Source of the DNA: a bacterium
GTDB lineage: Archaea; Thermoplasmatota; E2; JACPAO01; JAHFTW01
Assembly: GCA_040390065.1 (NCBI GenBank)
Contig: JAZJZE010000001.1
Coordinates: forward strand, 32,001-96,000
Direction of reading: 5' to 3'
Length of the DNA: 64,000 nt
In this document: positions 60,443-64,000 of the stretch, in pieces
Position numbering within the stretch: position 1 is the stretch's first letter
Layout: each line of letters begins with the position of its first letter
The notes under the pieces: model-generated
The model's database searches: none
What the model saw: only the letters and a program-made list of their open reading frames with translations
Told to the model about the DNA's origin: nothing
Program-made: the position numbers and the translations under genes

Positions 60443-63400
60443 ATGGACCTCGTCGCGACCCTGTTCTTCCTGACCGCACTCGTCGCAGCGGCCGCCGTCG
60501 GCATCGCCGCCATCCGCCGCCCCATCCTGTTTCGGATGGCAATGCGCAACGCCATGCGACGGCCCCGCCAGACCCTGACCGTCGTTGCTGGACTCATGAT
60601 CGGCACCGCCATCATCAGTTCCGCCCTGGTCGCCGGCGACTCGGCGCGGGGCGCCATCCGAAGCTACGTCTACCAATCGCTGGGCGACGTCGACGAGTCG
60701 GTCGCGGTGCAGGCCTACCCGTACTTTCCCCAGGCGGTCTTCGATGCCTTCGCCGCGGACCCCACGGCGCGAGCCACGTTCGATGCGATGGCGCCGCACG
60801 TCATGTGGCAAGGTGCTGCCCAGTTGCAAAGGACGGCGCAGTTCGAACCGGAGGTGTCCATCATCGGGTACGACGCGCAGCGGGACGCTGGCTTCGGTGT
60901 GTTCACGACGCCGGACGGCGGGCAGACCGATGGTCGCGGCTTGCAGCACGGCGAGGGGATTGCCACGACGCGCCTTGCCGATGCGCTCGGATTGCAAGTC
61001 GGCGATTCCATCGACCTGTCGTACGTCGAGCCGACGGACCCCATCCTGCCCCGCGTGTTCTGGACGAATGGGACGACGACTTCCGTCGACCCGGGAGTTC
61101 TTGGCCTTCCCGTTCCCACCGTTCCGCCCGTGGCCCAGCAGCCCAGTCTGCACGCCATTCCCGTTGAACGGACGGCGACGTTCCTGGCGGTGGGGATCTT
61201 CATGACACCCGGGGCGCCGCCGGCCCAGCCGCCCACCGGCCTGCATGCGCGCCTCACGGACCCGCGCGGCGCCACGCGCGACGCATACATCCCGTTCCCC
61301 GGCAACGCGACGCGGCCATTGCTGCTCAACGTCACGGCAGCGCCCGACGCAACGCTAGCGGTCGGCAACTGGACTCTGGAGGTTACGACCGGCGCGGGCA
61401 CGGTGCAGTACGTCGGCGCAGCCATCGTCGGCTACCCGGTCTACGACTTGACGCTGCTACAGGAGCGGGCCAAGGCCCTTCGTCAGGACATCGACCGCTT
61501 CAAGGACCTCCTGCCCGGCCTCGACCCGTTTGCCAAACGGCACACGTCGAGTATCCACATTGCGGCCATCACGGACGGCGGCCGCGGCCACCTCTTCGAC
61601 CGGCCCAACGCGTTGTTCATCCGCCTCGACGACGCGCAGGCCATGTTCCACCGCGAAGGCCAAGTCAACCTCATCAAGTTCTCGAACCACGGCGACCGCG
61701 AGGAAGGAGAGGCCGGCACGGCGGATGCCATGGCCGTCCTGAACTCCACGCTCTCGGCCATCAAGCACCGCTACCCGGACCTGGCATCGGTGCAGAGCCT
61801 GGAGGCGAGGCCGCTCAAGCAACAGTTCCTCTCCGCGGCCGACGCAAAGGGCCAGACACTCACCGGGCTGCTGCTCTTTGCCGGGGCGCTGTCCATCATC
61901 ACGGGGATGCTCCTCATCCTCAACATCTTCACCATGCTGGCAGAGGAACGCCGCAGTGAACTCGGCATGTCTCGCGCCGTCGGCATGTCACGCGGCGACC
62001 TCGTGCGACTCTTCCTCTTCGAGGGCTCGTTGTACGCCGTCGCGGCTGCATTCGTCGGAGCGCTCATCGGCCTCGGCCTGGCGCTCGGCATGATTGCCGT
62101 CATGAACTCCATCATCTCGCGGCTCAGCACCGGCCTCAGCTTCCCACCCATCGAGTACCGGCCGTCCGTCGGCGCCGTCCTGCTGGCGTTCTCCGGCGGG
62201 TCACTGCTGACATTTGCAACCATCCTCGTCGCAAGCCGCCGCCTGTCCATGCTCAACGTGGTCCGCGCGATCCGCCGCATCGAAGAGCCAGAGGGCCATG
62301 GCAGCCGGCGCCTCGCCGCCTGGGTCGGCTTGCCGATGGCGGTGTTGGGCATCGTCGTCGCCGTGCTCGGCTGGATCGCCAACCCCCTCACGGACGCCGT
62401 CGTGCCGCAGTACCGCTTCTCCCTCGAGGTGGGAGGTCCGTTCATTGCCGCCCTTGGCCTGCTCCTGTTCCTCGCACCGCGTTGGCCCCGCCGACGCAGC
62501 GCCCCCCTTCTGGCAGCGACGCTGGGTACGTACTACGCAGCGACGTACTTCGCGATCGGACGTTACCACAATCCGACGGAGGCGAACCTCGTCGGCCCCA
62601 TCCGCGGCGTCCTGCTCACCCTTTGCGTCGTCGTGCTCGTCGTGCACTGGGACGCGGGAACGCGGGCCTTGGGGCGCGTCCTCGCACGCCTTCGCCCGTT
62701 GCGCGCCGTCGCGCTGCCTGCGGTAAGCTATCCCATTCACCGCAAGTTCCGCACCGGCATGACGCTCGCCATGTTCTCGGTCGTGCTCCTGTCCATCGGG
62801 TTCTTCAGCATCTTCGGCGCCTTGTTCCAGGTCGACCCCGTGCGGCAGACCGGCGGCTTCGACATCGAGGCTCGCCCGACACTCGTCGTGCCCGACCTCG
62901 CACCCTACGACCAGCACCTCATCCCCGCTGGAGCCATCACGGCGATGGTCAAGTTGCCCGAGTACCGCACGGAGGAGCGCGAATTCCTCACCGTCGACAA
63001 CCAGAAGGTCGGGACGTTCAAGGACTACCGGCACGTCGTGTACGGCTTCGACGACGCCTTCGTGCGCGTGCAGCACTTCCGGCTCCTCGAACGCCTGCCG
63101 CAGTACGCCGACGACGAGGCAGCCTACCGGGGGGTCCTCGCGCATCCCGACGAGGTCATCGTGAGCTACATCTACAGCACGAACGAGGACGGGCAGGCGC
63201 TCACGCACAAGGTCGGGGACAAATTGCAGATGCACTTCGGCGACCACGTCGTGCAATACACGATTGCGGGCATCCAGGAACAATACCATTACCCCGGAAT
63301 CTACCTGCCCGCCGCAACCGTCGAAAGCCTGTTCCCCGGCTCCGCGTCGCTGTACCTCATCAAGGTCGCCCCCGGCACGGACGTCGGTGCTACGACCAAG

Positions 63401-63886
63401 CTCCTGGAGAAGAACTACCGCGCCGTCGGCCTCGACGCGAAGGATTCCCTCTCGGAAGTCCTCGACGAGCAAGCCTCCTTCCGGCAACTCCTCGGCGCCA
63501 TGAAGCTCTTCCTCGGCCTCGGCCTCGTGGTCGGCGTCTTGAGCCTCGGCATCATCACGAGCCGCAACGTGTTGGAGCGCCGCCAGGAAATCGGCATGCT
63601 ACGCGCCCTCGGCTACACGAAAGGCAAGATCCGCCTGACCTTCTTCATCGAGGTGACATTCACGATCCTCCTCGGCGCCGTCGTCGGCATCGCTTGCGCC
63701 ATCCTCGTCACGTACGGCTTGTGGTTCGCGATTGTCCGGCAGCTGAATTATCCGTACGTGATTCCGTGGGCGGAAGTCGGCGTGTTGGTCCTCGTCAGCT
63801 ACGTCGTGGCATTGCTTGCGACGGCGGCACCGATTGGGCGCAGCGCGAAGGTGGCGCCGGCGGAAGCGTTACGGTATCTGGAGTAG
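60443..63886 (+). CDS. ABC transporter permease, double FtsX/MacB-type, with large extracellular insertion
   Basis: AMRNAMRRPRQT, EERRSELGMSRAVGM and ERRQEIGMLRALG FtsX motifs, C-terminal PAEALRYLE. Confidence 0.92.
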   Translation: MDLVATLFFLTALVAAAAVGIAAIRRPILFRMAMRNAMRRPRQTLTVVAGLMIGTAIISSALVAGDSARGAIRSYVYQSLGDVDESVAVQAYPYFPQAVFDAFAADPTARATFDAMAPHVMWQGAAQLQRTAQFEPEVSIIGYDAQRDAGFGVFTTPDGGQTDGRGLQHGEGIATTRLADALGLQVGDSIDLSYVEPTDPILPRVFWTNGTTTSVDPGVLGLPVPTVPPVAQQPSLHAIPVERTATFLAVGIFMTPGAPPAQPPTGLHARLTDPRGATRDAYIPFPGNATRPLLLNVTAAPDATLAVGNWTLEVTTGAGTVQYVGAAIVGYPVYDLTLLQERAKALRQDIDRFKDLLPGLDPFAKRHTSSIHIAAITDGGRGHLFDRPNALFIRLDDAQAMFHREGQVNLIKFSNHGDREEGEAGTADAMAVLNSTLSAIKHRYPDLASVQSLEARPLKQQFLSAADAKGQTLTGLLLFAGALSIITGMLLILNIFTMLAEERRSELGMSRAVGMSRGDLVRLFLFEGSLYAVAAAFVGALIGLGLALGMIAVMNSIISRLSTGLSFPPIEYRPSVGAVLLAFSGGSLLTFATILVASRRLSMLNVVRAIRRIEEPEGHGSRRLAAWVGLPMAVLGIVVAVLGWIANPLTDAVVPQYRFSLEVGGPFIAALGLLLFLAPRWPRRRSAPLLAATLGTYYAATYFAIGRYHNPTEANLVGPIRGVLLTLCVVVLVVHWDAGTRALGRVLARLRPLRAVALPAVSYPIHRKFRTGMTLAMFSVVLLSIGFFSIFGALFQVDPVRQTGGFDIEARPTLVVPDLAPYDQHLIPAGAITAMVKLPEYRTEEREFLTVDNQKVGTFKDYRHVVYGFDDAFVRVQHFRLLERLPQYADDEAAYRGVLAHPDEVIVSYIYSTNEDGQALTHKVGDKLQMHFGDHVVQYTIAGIQEQYHYPGIYLPAATVESLFPGSASLYLIKVAPGTDVGATTKLLEKNYRAVGLDAKDSLSEVLDEQASFRQLLGAMKLFLGLGLVVGVLSLGIITSRNVLERRQEIGMLRALGYTKGKIRLTFFIEVTFTILLGAVVGIACAILVTYGLWFAIVRQLNYPYVIPWAEVGVLVLVSYVVALLATAAPIGRSAKVAPAEALRYLE

Positions 63887-64000
63887 GCGACCCACGAGGG
63901 ATTCAGGCGACAACCACTCGACGGCAGGTATCGCGGCGGGGCGCCCGCGCATGACTTCACTCTTTGAAGCACTAGCACACTCGTTGGTGTTCGAGAATCA

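Noticed and set aside
59529-63901. Similar short sequences after two stop codons (TAGGCGAC...CCACGAGGGA) flanking the ABC operon
   Set aside because: Match is short and gapped, and could be chance at this GC content; no mobility gene nearby

Overview
High-GC archaeal chromosome segment, most consistent with an uncultured Thermoplasmatota lineage (inferred from gene content: CDP-archaeol synthase, archaeal DnaG, rpo6-rps2, archaeal DUF1628-type pilins, plus bacterial-type dnaK/dnaJ/grpE). Housekeeping genes (carS, dnaG, rpo6, rps2, hppA, aminotransferase, dnaJ, dnaK, grpE, mscL, tRNA-Arg(CCT), ileS, deaminase, ABC transporter) alternate with many secreted, lipo- and membrane proteins and two toxin-antitoxin loci. 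No CRISPR array, transposase or integrase is visible. The best candidates for new biology are: (1) an unassigned, highly structured ~270-nt ncRNA at 28664-28950 with its own TATA-like box and T-tract; (2) a solo Cas4-like nuclease with a transmembrane hairpin, divergent from a pilin cluster; (3) a lipoprotein carrying a pilin head domain; (4) a membrane-spanning thrombospondin-repeat/TM/tandem-HTH regulator in a cassette splitting grpE from dnaK; (5) an ORB-like, AT-rich candidate replication origin next to a duplicated dnaG 3' end; (6) a giant secreted Fn3/lipase protein with a downstream lipoprotein. All calls come from reading motifs by eye; no database search or folding program was run, and start codons are best guesses.
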